Origin: an uncultured bacterium
GTDB taxonomy: Bacteria > Eisenbacteria > RBG-16-71-46 > CAIMUX01
Assembly: GCA_964636385.1 (NCBI GenBank)
Contig: CAZWSC010000047.1
Span: 33,576 to 97,575, forward strand
Length of the DNA: 64,000 nt
Direction: 5' to 3'
Shown here: positions 9,501 to 18,455 of the stretch, piece after piece
Position numbering within the stretch: the stretch's first letter is position 1
Layout of the letters: each line of letters begins with the position of its first letter
Notes under the pieces: generated by a model
The model's input: the letters and a program-made list of their open reading frames with translations, nothing else
What the model was told of the DNA's origin: nothing
The model's database searches: none
Made by a program: the position numbers and the translations under genes

Positions 9501-10174
9501 GCTTCCTCCGGCTCCTCCGGATCAGGACACTCGCCATGCACGCCTTCAGGGAGGGCGGCACCCAACCTCAGCAGGCGCGGCTGCGGGCCTGTCAGGTCGA
9601 GCAGGGTGGACGGAAGCCCTTCATGCTCTCCGATGTCGGCGTAGAGATCCACCTGCGGCCCGAAGATCCTGAAGGCACCCTCCGCGGTCACAGCATGCGG
9701 CTCCCCGACAAGATTGGCGCTGGTGGATACCAGCGGGACCCCCAGGTTCGACACAAGGTCCTGCAGGAACAGGCTCCGCGGCCAGCGAAATGCGACAGTG
9801 CCCTCCGGCCCGGCGCAGAACTCGGGCACGCGATCCCTGCGGCCGCGCAGAACCGCCGTGATCGGCCCGGGCCACTGCTCCTCGAGGATGCGCATGCCGG
9901 CCTGCGTCGGCGGCTCGGCATACTCGAAAGCCATGTCGCGTCCGGAGACCAGCGCCACGAAGAGCGACAGCCGTCCGGGCCCTTTCATGACCTGGATTCT
10001 CTCCCTGGCCTTGTCGCTGTCCCAGCGGCAGGACAGGCCGTAGATTGTGTCGGCGGGAAGCAGCGCGATCCCCCCCCTGCGCAGAACCGGAAGTATGCGG
10101 GCCTGTGCAGCATCCGGGTCAGCCAGTACATCGACCCGGCGGGCATCGAAATCGTCGTTCTGCGGCTTGCTCAT
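9497..10174 (-). CDS. tsaC: L-threonylcarbamoyladenylate synthase (TsaC/YrdC/Sua5 family)
   Basis: [24 protein letters not shown] and [12 protein letters not shown] motifs. 225 aa. Confidence 0.85.
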   Translation of the reverse strand: MSKPQNDDFDARRVDVLADPDAAQARILPVLRRGGIALLPADTIYGLSCRWDSDKARERIQVMKGPGRLSLFVALVSGRDMAFEYAEPPTQAGMRILEEQWPGPITAVLRGRRDRVPEFCAGPEGTVAFRWPRSLFLQDLVSNLGVPLVSTSANLVGEPHAVTAEGAFRIFGPQVDLYADIGEHEGLPSTLLDLTGPQPRLLRLGAALPEGVHGECPDPEEPEEA

Positions 10175-10306
10175 ACTGGCCTCCTCATCCTGTTCCGGAC
10201 TCGTCCAGTTATGAAGGTCCGGGGCATTCTCCGTGCTATTGCGAATGCGGCTGCCGGCTCGTACGCTCTCCCTGTCCAGCCCAGGCCTTCAGCAGGAGAG
10301 GATCCC

Positions 10307-11755
10307 ATGAGCAGGCACAATGACTCCAGCAGGAACGCCCCGGATCAGGAAGGTAGTTCGGCAAAGCCGGACAACGCCCAGGCTCAACCCTGTGACAGGG
10401 AGGATCCGGAGGGAAGCTGCCTGTCAGGCAAGCGCATACTCCCCAGGCCGATCCAAGGCGGCATGGCCGTATCCGACCTGATCCGCGAGACCTTCCTGGC
10501 CTACAATGGCGCCCGGTTGCGGGAGGCCTGCCGTCTCCTCGCGGAGAAGATGATGTGCGGGGATGTCACGGTCGGGCTCGCGGTCTCGGGAGCGCTTACA
10601 CCTGCGGGGCTAGGGCTCTCCGCCCTCTCCCCGCTTCTGCGCAACGGCTACGTGGACTGGGTTGTCAGCACCGGCGCGAATCTCTACCACGACACCCACT
10701 TCGGCCTGGACCTGGCGATGCACCAGGGATCCCCGCACATGGACGACCGCGAGCTGCGGTCGCGGGGCGTGGTCAGGATCTACGACATCCTGTTCGACTA
10801 CGAAGTCCTCCTCTCGACAGACGCATTCTACCGGGAGCTGATCACCACCCCGCCGTTTCAGAAGATTCTCTCCACGGCGGAGTTTCACTTCCTGGTCGGC
10901 AGGTACCTTCGGGAACGCGAGAAGGCCCTCGGAGTCGAGACACCGTCGTTCCTCTCCACCGCGTGGGAGTGCGGAGTGCCTGTCTACACATCCTCCCCCG
11001 GGGATTCCTCGATCGGCATGAACGTGGCGGCATCTGCCCTGACCGGCAACCGCCTGATCCTGGACCCGAACCAGGATGTGAACGAGACGGCGGCGCTGGT
11101 CCTCGATGCGAAGCGCAGGGGCAAGAGCGCAGTCTGGATCCTGGGAGGGGGATCTCCCAAGAACTTCGTCCTGCAGACAGAGCCGCAGATCCAGGAGGTT
11201 CTGGGGATCGAGGAGGACGGTCACGATTACTTCCTGCAGATCACAGACGCGCGCCCCGACACGGGCGGCCTGTCGGGCGCAACACCCTCCGAGGCCGTTT
11301 CGTGGGGCAAGGTCGATCCTGAGATGCTCCCCCACGCCGTTGTTGCGTACGTCGACTCCACCATCGCGCTCCCACTGCTCACGGCGTATCTCATGGAGAA
11401 CGCCTCTCCACGCCCCCTGAAGCGCCTGTACGACCGCCGCAGCGAAATGCTCGAGGATCTGACCACCGACTACCTCAAGGCCGAGATGGAGAGACGCCAG
11501 AATGTGATCCAGCAGAGGATGCAGATGACGCAATCGCAGTTCGAAACCCTGATCCACGATGCACAGGCCCAGATCGAGGAGCGCATGCGCCAGAAGCAAA
11601 GCCAGTTCGAGGAACGGATCAGGGAGGTGCACAGCCAGGTCTCGAGCGAGGCCACCCGGCTGCAGCAGCAGCTGCAGGAGACGATCCACCGTCTGTTCCC
11701 GATTTCCCGGCCCCAGAAACCCTCTGACGAAGCCGACGAGACCGGCCGGGAGTGA
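10307..11755 (+). CDS. Deoxyhypusine synthase-like protein with a C-terminal coiled-coil extension
   Basis: This is the real part of track ORF 9425..11755, starting at the ATG at 10307 (MSRHNDSS). [33 protein letters not shown] and LGGGSPKNF are DHS-family motifs. The last ~110 aa are Q/E/R-rich. Confidence 0.8.
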   Translation: MSRHNDSSRNAPDQEGSSAKPDNAQAQPCDREDPEGSCLSGKRILPRPIQGGMAVSDLIRETFLAYNGARLREACRLLAEKMMCGDVTVGLAVSGALTPAGLGLSALSPLLRNGYVDWVVSTGANLYHDTHFGLDLAMHQGSPHMDDRELRSRGVVRIYDILFDYEVLLSTDAFYRELITTPPFQKILSTAEFHFLVGRYLREREKALGVETPSFLSTAWECGVPVYTSSPGDSSIGMNVAASALTGNRLILDPNQDVNETAALVLDAKRRGKSAVWILGGGSPKNFVLQTEPQIQEVLGIEEDGHDYFLQITDARPDTGGLSGATPSEAVSWGKVDPEMLPHAVVAYVDSTIALPLLTAYLMENASPRPLKRLYDRRSEMLEDLTTDYLKAEMERRQNVIQQRMQMTQSQFETLIHDAQAQIEERMRQKQSQFEERIREVHSQVSSEATRLQQQLQETIHRLFPISRPQKPSDEADETGRE

Positions 11756-11902
11756 GCCGCGGCGGCGAGTTCCTGGAGATCTGGTCGCATGCGCGGTCGG
11801 CAGACGCTTCTTCCACCCGCCCGTTCCCGCGCTTGCCCGAAACGCACGGCTGACGCACAATCTGTCCTCAACCCGGACTGTTCACCAGACTGGAGGACCA
11901 GC

Positions 11903-12211
11903 ATGCAGGTTCAGGGGAAGAGCATCGATTTCGACCAGGACGGCTTCATGAGGGATCCGCAGTTGTGGGACGACGATGTCGCCTCCGCAATAGCGGCTGA
12001 TGAGGGGATCGAAGGGATGTCCGACACCCACTGGGCTGTCGTCCGGTTCATCCGCGACTACTGGCTGGAGCACGACATCGCCCCCCCGGTCCGGATGCTC
12101 TGCCAGGAAAACGGCGTCAGCGTGCGCGAGATATACAAGCTCTTCGCCTCCGGTCCGGCGAGGGGCGCCTGTCGCATCGCCGGGCTGCCGAAGCCAGACG
12201 GCTGCGTGTAG
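11903..12211 (+). CDS. dsrC: DsrC/TusE family sulfur-relay protein with both C-terminal cysteines
   Basis: 102 aa from ATG 11903, preceded by GGAGGA. HWAVVRFIRDYW is present, and the C-terminus GACRIAGLPKPDGCV has the two cysteines 10 residues apart, as in bona fide DsrC. Confidence 0.85.
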   Translation: MQVQGKSIDFDQDGFMRDPQLWDDDVASAIAADEGIEGMSDTHWAVVRFIRDYWLEHDIAPPVRMLCQENGVSVREIYKLFASGPARGACRIAGLPKPDGCV

Positions 12212-12264
12212 AACTTGTGTGACAACCCCGCCGTGAGAGCACCACTCTGATGCAGGGAGGCCCG

Positions 12265-12912
12265 ATGATCGAGACCCTCCGGTTCGCGGCCGGCGCCGCG
12301 GCCTTGTGGGCGGTAGTGGCAATGTCGATCCAGGCCGCCCCTGCCGTACGGAACCGCCCCAGGGACTACAGCGTCGGAAGCGGCAGCCCATGGCGCGGGG
12401 TCGCCTGGTCCTTCACAGGCGCCATGCTCCCCTGGCGCAAGGAGACGGTGAGCCTGAACTGGGGAGAGTTTCTCACCGGTATCCTGCTCCACGTCGGTGT
12501 CGCCTGGGCCCTGATCGGGATGCTGACACTTGTCGCCGCGCCTGGCGCAGGGCACGCCCTTATCCGGCCCGGGGCGATCGTGTTCGTCCTGTCATTCGTG
12601 TCCGCGCTGGTTCTCCTGATCAGGAGGATCCGCTCCCCCCTGCTGCGCAGCATCAGCACTCCCGACGATTACGCGGCGACAGTGCTGACGGCGCTGTTCC
12701 TACTTCCGGCGGCGTTGAGTGCGTGGAAGCAGGAAGCCGCCGCGTGGTTCCTCGCTGCGGGGCTGCTGCTACTGCTGTACATGCCGCTGGGGAAGCTCAG
12801 GCACGCGGTCTTCTTCTTCCTTTCCAGGGGCAACTACGGACTCAGGCTTGGGCACCGCGGTGTATATCCGCCGCCCTCCCGTATGCGGGAGGCATCGCCC
12901 GGAGAGATCTGA
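12265..12912 (+). CDS. Five-TM integral membrane protein, NarI/DsrM-like candidate
   Basis: Five hydrophobic helices with His residues in or near them (LLHVGV, GHALI, GKLRHAVFFF). The start at 12265 is preferred because of an AGGGAGG SD; ATG 12250 is the alternative. The stop overlaps the next start (TGATG at 12910-12914). Confidence 0.5.
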   Translation: MIETLRFAAGAAALWAVVAMSIQAAPAVRNRPRDYSVGSGSPWRGVAWSFTGAMLPWRKETVSLNWGEFLTGILLHVGVAWALIGMLTLVAAPGAGHALIRPGAIVFVLSFVSALVLLIRRIRSPLLRSISTPDDYAATVLTALFLLPAALSAWKQEAAAWFLAAGLLLLLYMPLGKLRHAVFFFLSRGNYGLRLGHRGVYPPPSRMREASPGEI

Positions 12913-14270
12913 TGGAATCAGCCGATCACCCCATCCATCCCGCAACACCCATGCAGGAAGGATCGCAGGACATGAAGCAGGACTCAGGCGACCGCGAAGC
13001 CGTGCGCAGGGCGATGGAGGCGTTGAGGCGATCAGCGCGCGGACCTGCCGCCTTCCACTGCAACGCCTGCGTGCGATGCGGGCTGTGCGGAGAGGTCTGC
13101 CACATATACCAGGCGGAGCCCGAGCCGGCCAACCTTCCCGGAGCGAAGGCCGCCGCGGTTGTCAGCCACTACCGCCGCCATCACACCTTCCTCGGGCGGG
13201 TCGCGCCGGCGCTGGTCGGGGCGAAGGATCTGACGCCCGATGCCCTTCGCGATCTGGCCGACACAGTCTACGGCCGCTGCACCGCCTGCGGGAGGTGCGG
13301 GCTTCACTGCTCCATCGGCCTTGACGTGGCCGCAGTGATCAGAACAGGCAGGAACATGCTGGCCTCTGCCGGGATGGTCCCCGAAGGGCTGCAGCGCACC
13401 GTGGAAAACCAGCTGACGACCGGAAATCAGATGGCAATCACTCCTAAGGAGCTGCTATCCACCACCCAGTGGCTCGCGGGCGATCTTCGCATGGAGATGC
13501 AGGACGATTCAGTCGAGATCCCGATCGACGCCCCGGGGAAGCGTGTTCTCTACCTGATCAACCCGCGCGAGGTGAAATTCTTCCCCCTCAGCCTCATGGC
13601 GGCGGCGGGAGTCTTCCACGCCGCCGGTGAGAGCTGGACCCTGTCGAGCCGCTACTACGATGTGACCAACTACGGCTTCTACTCCGGCGACGACGCAGCC
13701 GCGGGCGAGCTGACCCGTCGCGTGATCGACACGGTCCGTGAACTCGGGGTCGAAGAGATCATCCTTTCCGAGTGCGGCCACGGGTTCCGTTCCTTCCGCT
13801 GGGAGGGGCCGAACTGGATGGAGGCGGCCTATCCCGTTCCGGTGCGCAGCATCCTCCTCCTCCTTGAGGAGTTCATTGATTCCGGCAGGATCAGGCTCGA
13901 TCCATCGAAGAACACCGACAGGGTCACCCTGCACGACCCGTGCAACCTGGTGCGCTGGGGAGGTGTGAGCGAGCCCCAGCGGCGCATCCTGCGGCAGGCA
14001 GTCTCCGACTTCGTGGAGATGACCCCGAACCGCAGGGACAACTACTGCTGCGGAGGAGGAGGCGGCATGCTCTCCATGAGCGAGTATGGTGGGCGCCGAA
14101 TCGCATCCGGGAGTCGCAAGGCCGACCAGATCCGGGCGACCGGCGCACGCATCGTCGCGGCGCCCTGCCACAACTGCGCCGACCAGCTGATCGAGATCTC
14201 CAGGAAGTACAACCTCGGTGCGGAGATCATGGCGGTCGTTGAACTGGTCTACGCTGCGCTCCGGCGCTGA
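12912..14270 (+). CDS. HdrD/DsrK/GlpC-family Fe-S oxidoreductase (2x[4Fe-4S] + CCG domain)
   Basis: This is the real part of track ORF 12306..14270. CNACVRCGLCGEVC and CTACGRCGLHC are ferredoxin-type motifs. The C-terminal DPC-x34-CCGGGGG-x38-CHNC matches the CCG-domain cysteine signature. Confidence 0.8.
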   Translation: MESADHPIHPATPMQEGSQDMKQDSGDREAVRRAMEALRRSARGPAAFHCNACVRCGLCGEVCHIYQAEPEPANLPGAKAAAVVSHYRRHHTFLGRVAPALVGAKDLTPDALRDLADTVYGRCTACGRCGLHCSIGLDVAAVIRTGRNMLASAGMVPEGLQRTVENQLTTGNQMAITPKELLSTTQWLAGDLRMEMQDDSVEIPIDAPGKRVLYLINPREVKFFPLSLMAAAGVFHAAGESWTLSSRYYDVTNYGFYSGDDAAAGELTRRVIDTVRELGVEEIILSECGHGFRSFRWEGPNWMEAAYPVPVRSILLLLEEFIDSGRIRLDPSKNTDRVTLHDPCNLVRWGGVSEPQRRILRQAVSDFVEMTPNRRDNYCCGGGGGMLSMSEYGGRRIASGSRKADQIRATGARIVAAPCHNCADQLIEISRKYNLGAEIMAVVELVYAALRR

Positions 14271-14311
14271 GCCTGCCGTATCCGGCTCTTCCGCGCAGGG
14301 AAGGAGACAGC

Positions 14312-15406
14312 ATGGTGTTCCGCTTCTGGCGACGCTTGAAGATCGCCCCGGGGATTACGGTCAACCTCAGCAAGACCGGCGGCTCGCTGTCATTCGGGCC
14401 GCGGGGCGCAAAGGTGACCGTCGGGCCGCGCGGCACACGCGCCACGGCCGGTCTGCCCGGGACCGGTCTCTTCTACACGCACGCGATGCCGCGGAGGAGC
14501 GGGAAGCGATCTGGATCATCCCGGAGCGGGAGCCCTGAACCGGCCGGCAGGACGGCAGCCCGTGCGCCCGGCCACGGGGCGACAGGGGGTCCGCCGCCCA
14601 CCCCACGCGTGCTGGACCGGCTGGATCTCGGTTTCTTCGCCAGGCTCACAACACCTGCCGATGAGAGGTCCTTCGTGGACGGCTGCCGGGAACTCACCCT
14701 CGGCAACCAGGACACGGCGCTTTCACACTTCGCTTCCGCGTCGCACCTGGCCGACGGGGCCTACATGGCCGGTTTCCTTGCCCTTCAGATGCAGAGCTTC
14801 CCCGAGGCTGCGCGTCACCTGGAGACGGCAGCCGGCCGCAGCGCAGAACTCGGCCGCTACCTTGGGAAGTACGGGATCACGGCGACCATGGACCTGCCGA
14901 TCACAGCAACCGTCACAGCCCATGTCGGCCCTGATCTGCGCGGCGTGCTGCTGGGACTGGTCGAGGTCTACCAGGAACAGGAGTGCTGGGACGACGCGAT
15001 CGCCTGCCTGCAGCGGTTGCGCAGGCTGGAACCCGATGACGTTGCGGTGAAGCTCTCCCTCGCGGAAGTGCTCCTCGATGCGCATCCTGATGACCGCGAC
15101 TCCCTCTCCAGGATAGTCAGGCTCGCAGCGGGTGTGGAGAACGACTCTGCGCTGCACACCGAGTTCATCTACTTCAAGGCCAGGGCCCTCAGAGGCCTCG
15201 GCCTGCATGAGGCCGCCCGGGATACGCTGACTGCGGTTCTGCGGCGCCGCAGAGGGAGGCCTGCCGAACTGCTCCATGCGATCCGCTATGAACGCGCGCT
15301 GGTGTACGGAGAGCTGGGCTCGACCCGCCGGGAGCGCAGCGACCTGGAGAAGCTGTACGCTGAGGCGCCCGCTTTCGAGGACGTGGCGGAGAGGCTCGGG
15401 CTGTGA
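14312..15406 (+). CDS. DUF4236-like N-terminal domain + TPR-like helical repeat protein
   Basis: MVFRFWRRLKIAPGITVNLSKTGGSLSFGPRGAKVTVGPRG resembles the DUF4236 signature. A Pro/Gly/Ser linker follows, then helical repeats (GLVEVYQEQECWDDAIACLQRLRRLEPDD). AAGGAGA SD. Confidence 0.65.
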   Translation: MVFRFWRRLKIAPGITVNLSKTGGSLSFGPRGAKVTVGPRGTRATAGLPGTGLFYTHAMPRRSGKRSGSSRSGSPEPAGRTAARAPGHGATGGPPPTPRVLDRLDLGFFARLTTPADERSFVDGCRELTLGNQDTALSHFASASHLADGAYMAGFLALQMQSFPEAARHLETAAGRSAELGRYLGKYGITATMDLPITATVTAHVGPDLRGVLLGLVEVYQEQECWDDAIACLQRLRRLEPDDVAVKLSLAEVLLDAHPDDRDSLSRIVRLAAGVENDSALHTEFIYFKARALRGLGLHEAARDTLTAVLRRRRGRPAELLHAIRYERALVYGELGSTRRERSDLEKLYAEAPAFEDVAERLGL

Positions 15407-15421
15407 TCCGGATGCGGCCGA

Positions 15422-16606
15422 TCACACGCTGCAGCGGTCCCTCGCCAGCTCCCCGACCGCCCTTACGGCGATCTCCACGTGTTCCCTGGTCGTGTAAGGG
15501 CCCACGGACATCCTCACAGTCCCCCTCGGTGTCGTGCCCATGTGCTCGTGGATGAGCGGCGCGCAGTGGAGGCCGGTGCGGGTCTGGACTCCGTAGTCCA
15601 CGTCCAGAATCGTCCCGATGTCCGACGGATCGTAGTTGTCGACGGTGAATGACAGGGTCGGCACCCGGCGCTCAAGGTTCCGGGTACCGTGCAGACGGAC
15701 CCCCGGTATCTCCGACAGGCCTATCTGGAGGATTCCGAGAAGCTCCATCTCGTGCCGGTGGATCGCGGCGATCCCCCGCTCGAGCACCCAGTCGAGACCG
15801 GCGCTGAGGCCGGCAATACCGGCGAGGTTCTGCGTCCCTGCCTCGAGGCGGTACGGGAACTCCGTCAGGTGAAGCGGCTCGGCGCTGCGCACCCCGGTAC
15901 CGCCGTAGACCGTGCCCCGGATGTCGGCGTCATCCGCAACACAGACCCCGCCTGTCCCCGTCGGCGCCATGAGGCTCTTGTGCCCGGTGAAGGCCAGGTA
16001 GGAGATGTTGCACTCCGCCATGTCGATCGGCAGCACACCCGCGGTCTGGGCCGTGTCCACCGCCAGCGGGACATCCTCCTCCCTGCAGACGACCCCTATC
16101 GCCCGCAGATCCTGGACACCCCCCGTGACATTGGAGGCGTGGTTGACGATCACGAGCTTCGTGTTCCTCCGTATCGCCCTGCGGATCTCCCCGGGATCGA
16201 CGTACCCTTCGGGATCAGGGACCACGTAGGTCGCCTCGGCGCCCTCCTTCACCCTGTGGTTGACCGGGCGGATCACGGAGTTGTGCTCGGTCATGGTCGT
16301 GACGATGTGATCCCCGGGCCCGGTTGTGCCGTGGATGATCAGGTTGAGAGCCATCGTGGCGTTCAGGGAGAAGACCAGGCGGTTCGGATCCTTCGTCTCC
16401 CCGATCGCCGTGAGGCTCGGGTTGAAGAAGGCTGACAGCTTGCGGCGGGTGCCGTGGATCATCTCCTCGGCCTGCAGGGCCAGGTCGCATCCGGTGCGGC
16501 CCGGATTGACCCCGCAGCTGCTGTAGAAGCTGCAGACCGTGTCGTGCACGATCTGCGGCTTCGGAAAGCTCGTTGCCGCGTTGTCGAGGTAGATGATCCT
16601 GTCCAT
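15422..16606 (-). CDS. Class V aminotransferase, cysteine desulfurase-like
   Basis: Start at MDRIIYLDNAATSFPKP (ATG 16606). FTGHKSLMAPTG carries the PLP lysine. C-terminal RTGLHCAP is present. Confidence 0.85.
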   Translation of the reverse strand: MDRIIYLDNAATSFPKPQIVHDTVCSFYSSCGVNPGRTGCDLALQAEEMIHGTRRKLSAFFNPSLTAIGETKDPNRLVFSLNATMALNLIIHGTTGPGDHIVTTMTEHNSVIRPVNHRVKEGAEATYVVPDPEGYVDPGEIRRAIRRNTKLVIVNHASNVTGGVQDLRAIGVVCREEDVPLAVDTAQTAGVLPIDMAECNISYLAFTGHKSLMAPTGTGGVCVADDADIRGTVYGGTGVRSAEPLHLTEFPYRLEAGTQNLAGIAGLSAGLDWVLERGIAAIHRHEMELLGILQIGLSEIPGVRLHGTRNLERRVPTLSFTVDNYDPSDIGTILDVDYGVQTRTGLHCAPLIHEHMGTTPRGTVRMSVGPYTTREHVEIAVRAVGELARDRCSV

Positions 16607-16747
16607 GCTGTCTCCCCGTCCGGTTGGCGCGTCGACATGATCGGCCGTGCAGTCCACGGTCCCGTTCGCTCACAGGTCCTGAAAGCCCGGCGAGTATAAC
16701 ACCTCGCGGGCCCCGGATGCGAGCCTCTCCTGTCCCTCAGGCCGGAT

Positions 16748-18304
16748 CTACTCCCGGATCACCGACCCTGCGCCGTGGTTGTAGAAGTCGCAGGGCGCGT
16801 CTGCCTCGTCTGCACACTCAGTCGGGGGAGACGATCCCCAGGTGTTGTGCCTCGCATATATGTCGCTTCCGGATCCATTGTAGAGGCCGATCGCGTTCCC
16901 CTGGATGATGTTGTTCCCCTGGCTGCCGGCAGCTCCCCCGCCGAGGTCGGTGTTGACCTCGCCGGGCAGTATCATGATCCCCCGGGAGTTGTTCCTGATG
17001 GTGCACGACTCCACCAGGTTGGCTCCGGGGCCTTCGATGCGGATCCCCTCGTCCCAGCCCCGGATTATCGTGTTGCGCAGCGTGGTCCGCGACTCACCGA
17101 CAAGCCGGAGCCCCCAGCCTTCGCCAGGATTGCGCGTGTTGACGATCTCGCAATCCTCTATCAGGGCTTCCACATTCGGGTTCATGACCCTGATCGGGGA
17201 ACCCGTGAATGGATCATTGACGAGGATGTTCCTTACCGTGGCGTCGCCCTGAACCACGATGGCGTACTGCTTGTCGCTGTCCTCGCCGGTGTTGCGGATC
17301 GTGAAGTTTTCAATCACCGCCCAGGAGTCCATCCAGAAGATCGGGCGGGATCGATGTTCCTCGGAAGGATCTGCGTCCAGGATGCATGCGTCGCGGTCAG
17401 CCCCCCGCAGGGTGGTGCTTCTGCCGAGGTTGTTCCCGCTCTGCTCCCCAAGGGCCAGGTCGTACACACCCGGCGCCACGAGGATCGTGTCGCCCCCCAG
17501 GTGGCCGACCTGGCTCAGTGCGAAGCTGATCGTCCGGTAGGGAGAGTTCAGCCGCCCGCGTCCAGGCTCATCCTCACCGGTCCCGGCATTCACATACCTG
17601 ATCGTGTTCAGAATCGTCACATTCCCGTAGGCATCGTAGCCGGGAGCACCGGTCCAGACCGCCGTGATCTGAACGGCAAGCCCGATTGGCACCTCGGACG
17701 GAGCTGTGTAGAACGCCGGGTTTCCCTGGGTGATCGTCCCCAGGTCCTCATTGCCGCCAGGCGCGTCATCGACATACCACTCGAACTCCCCCGCATCCTC
17801 CCGGGCATTCCCCTTCGGGGGCCGCGCATCCTCCAGGACTGCCAGGATCTCCAGCGTCTCCTCCACCTGGATCCTGGTCCGCTGCATCTGGAGTGCCACC
17901 TGCGGAACCAGGACAACCACCGAGGCCGATCCCTCGATCGACTCGTTCTCCTCCCAGACAGCCCGGATCGTCACCTCCTGCCCGGGCGGCGGGGTCAGGG
18001 GCGCCGTGTACACAGCCGGATTGGTCTGCGTGATCGTCCCCAGCTCTTCACTGCCTTCGAGTTCGTCATTCACATACCAGCGGCAGACAGGCGGATCCTG
18101 GCTCTTGGCGGGAAAGACGAGACTCGCCTCGATGCTGGTCTCCTGGCCGATCCAGAGCGACTCGTGCCCGACAGACAGCTCAAGCCCTGTTGGCGCCGGC
18201 GACAGAGGATCCTTCTTGTCATTCTTGTCGGAACTGCAGGAAAGGGCCGACACCACAAGCACCGATACGGCAAGTGCACAGATACGGAACCGCAAGCTGG
18301 ACAT
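16748..18304 (-). CDS. Lipoprotein with two tandem Ig-like repeats and a right-handed parallel beta-helix domain
   Basis: Start at MSSLRFRICALAVSVLVVSALSC (lipobox LSC). Two repeats carry W(Y)V(N/D)D...LGTITQxNPAxYTAP. Periodic N/G-rich turns (IENFTIRN, NILVND, CEIVNT, NTIIRG, CTIRNN) are typical of beta-helix/NosD-like folds. Confidence 0.65.
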   Translation of the reverse strand: MSSLRFRICALAVSVLVVSALSCSSDKNDKKDPLSPAPTGLELSVGHESLWIGQETSIEASLVFPAKSQDPPVCRWYVNDELEGSEELGTITQTNPAVYTAPLTPPPGQEVTIRAVWEENESIEGSASVVVLVPQVALQMQRTRIQVEETLEILAVLEDARPPKGNAREDAGEFEWYVDDAPGGNEDLGTITQGNPAFYTAPSEVPIGLAVQITAVWTGAPGYDAYGNVTILNTIRYVNAGTGEDEPGRGRLNSPYRTISFALSQVGHLGGDTILVAPGVYDLALGEQSGNNLGRSTTLRGADRDACILDADPSEEHRSRPIFWMDSWAVIENFTIRNTGEDSDKQYAIVVQGDATVRNILVNDPFTGSPIRVMNPNVEALIEDCEIVNTRNPGEGWGLRLVGESRTTLRNTIIRGWDEGIRIEGPGANLVESCTIRNNSRGIMILPGEVNTDLGGGAAGSQGNNIIQGNAIGLYNGSGSDIYARHNTWGSSPPTECADEADAPCDFYNHGAGSVIRE

Positions 18305-18455
18305 ACTCACCTCCCTGGTTGAGTCTCCGCCGTCTCCGACCATCCATGGCGCCGGAAATCATGCGGCAAAGGTGTTCGTGAGGCAATTGCGAACTTCTTC
18401 GAAACCCTGCCGGTCCGACTCCCGTAAGGGCGCCTCGTCAGCAGGAGGCACAATC

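Noticed and set aside
9425-10306. N-terminal 294 codons of the 776-aa ORF 9425..11755.
   Set aside because: This part is antisense to the well-supported tsaC gene and reads as low-complexity Arg/Pro/Gly sequence. The DHS-like homology begins only after the ATG at 10307.
10610-11860. 416-aa minus-strand ORF antisense to the DHS-like gene.
   Set aside because: It has no motifs and a shadow-frame composition, and the opposite strand carries clear DHS family motifs.
16775-18322. 515-aa plus-strand ORF, and the first 242 codons (17730..18455) of the 605-aa ORF.
   Set aside because: Both are antisense or off-frame to the beta-helix lipoprotein gene. The MacA-like gene has its own AGGAGG SD and ATG at 18456.
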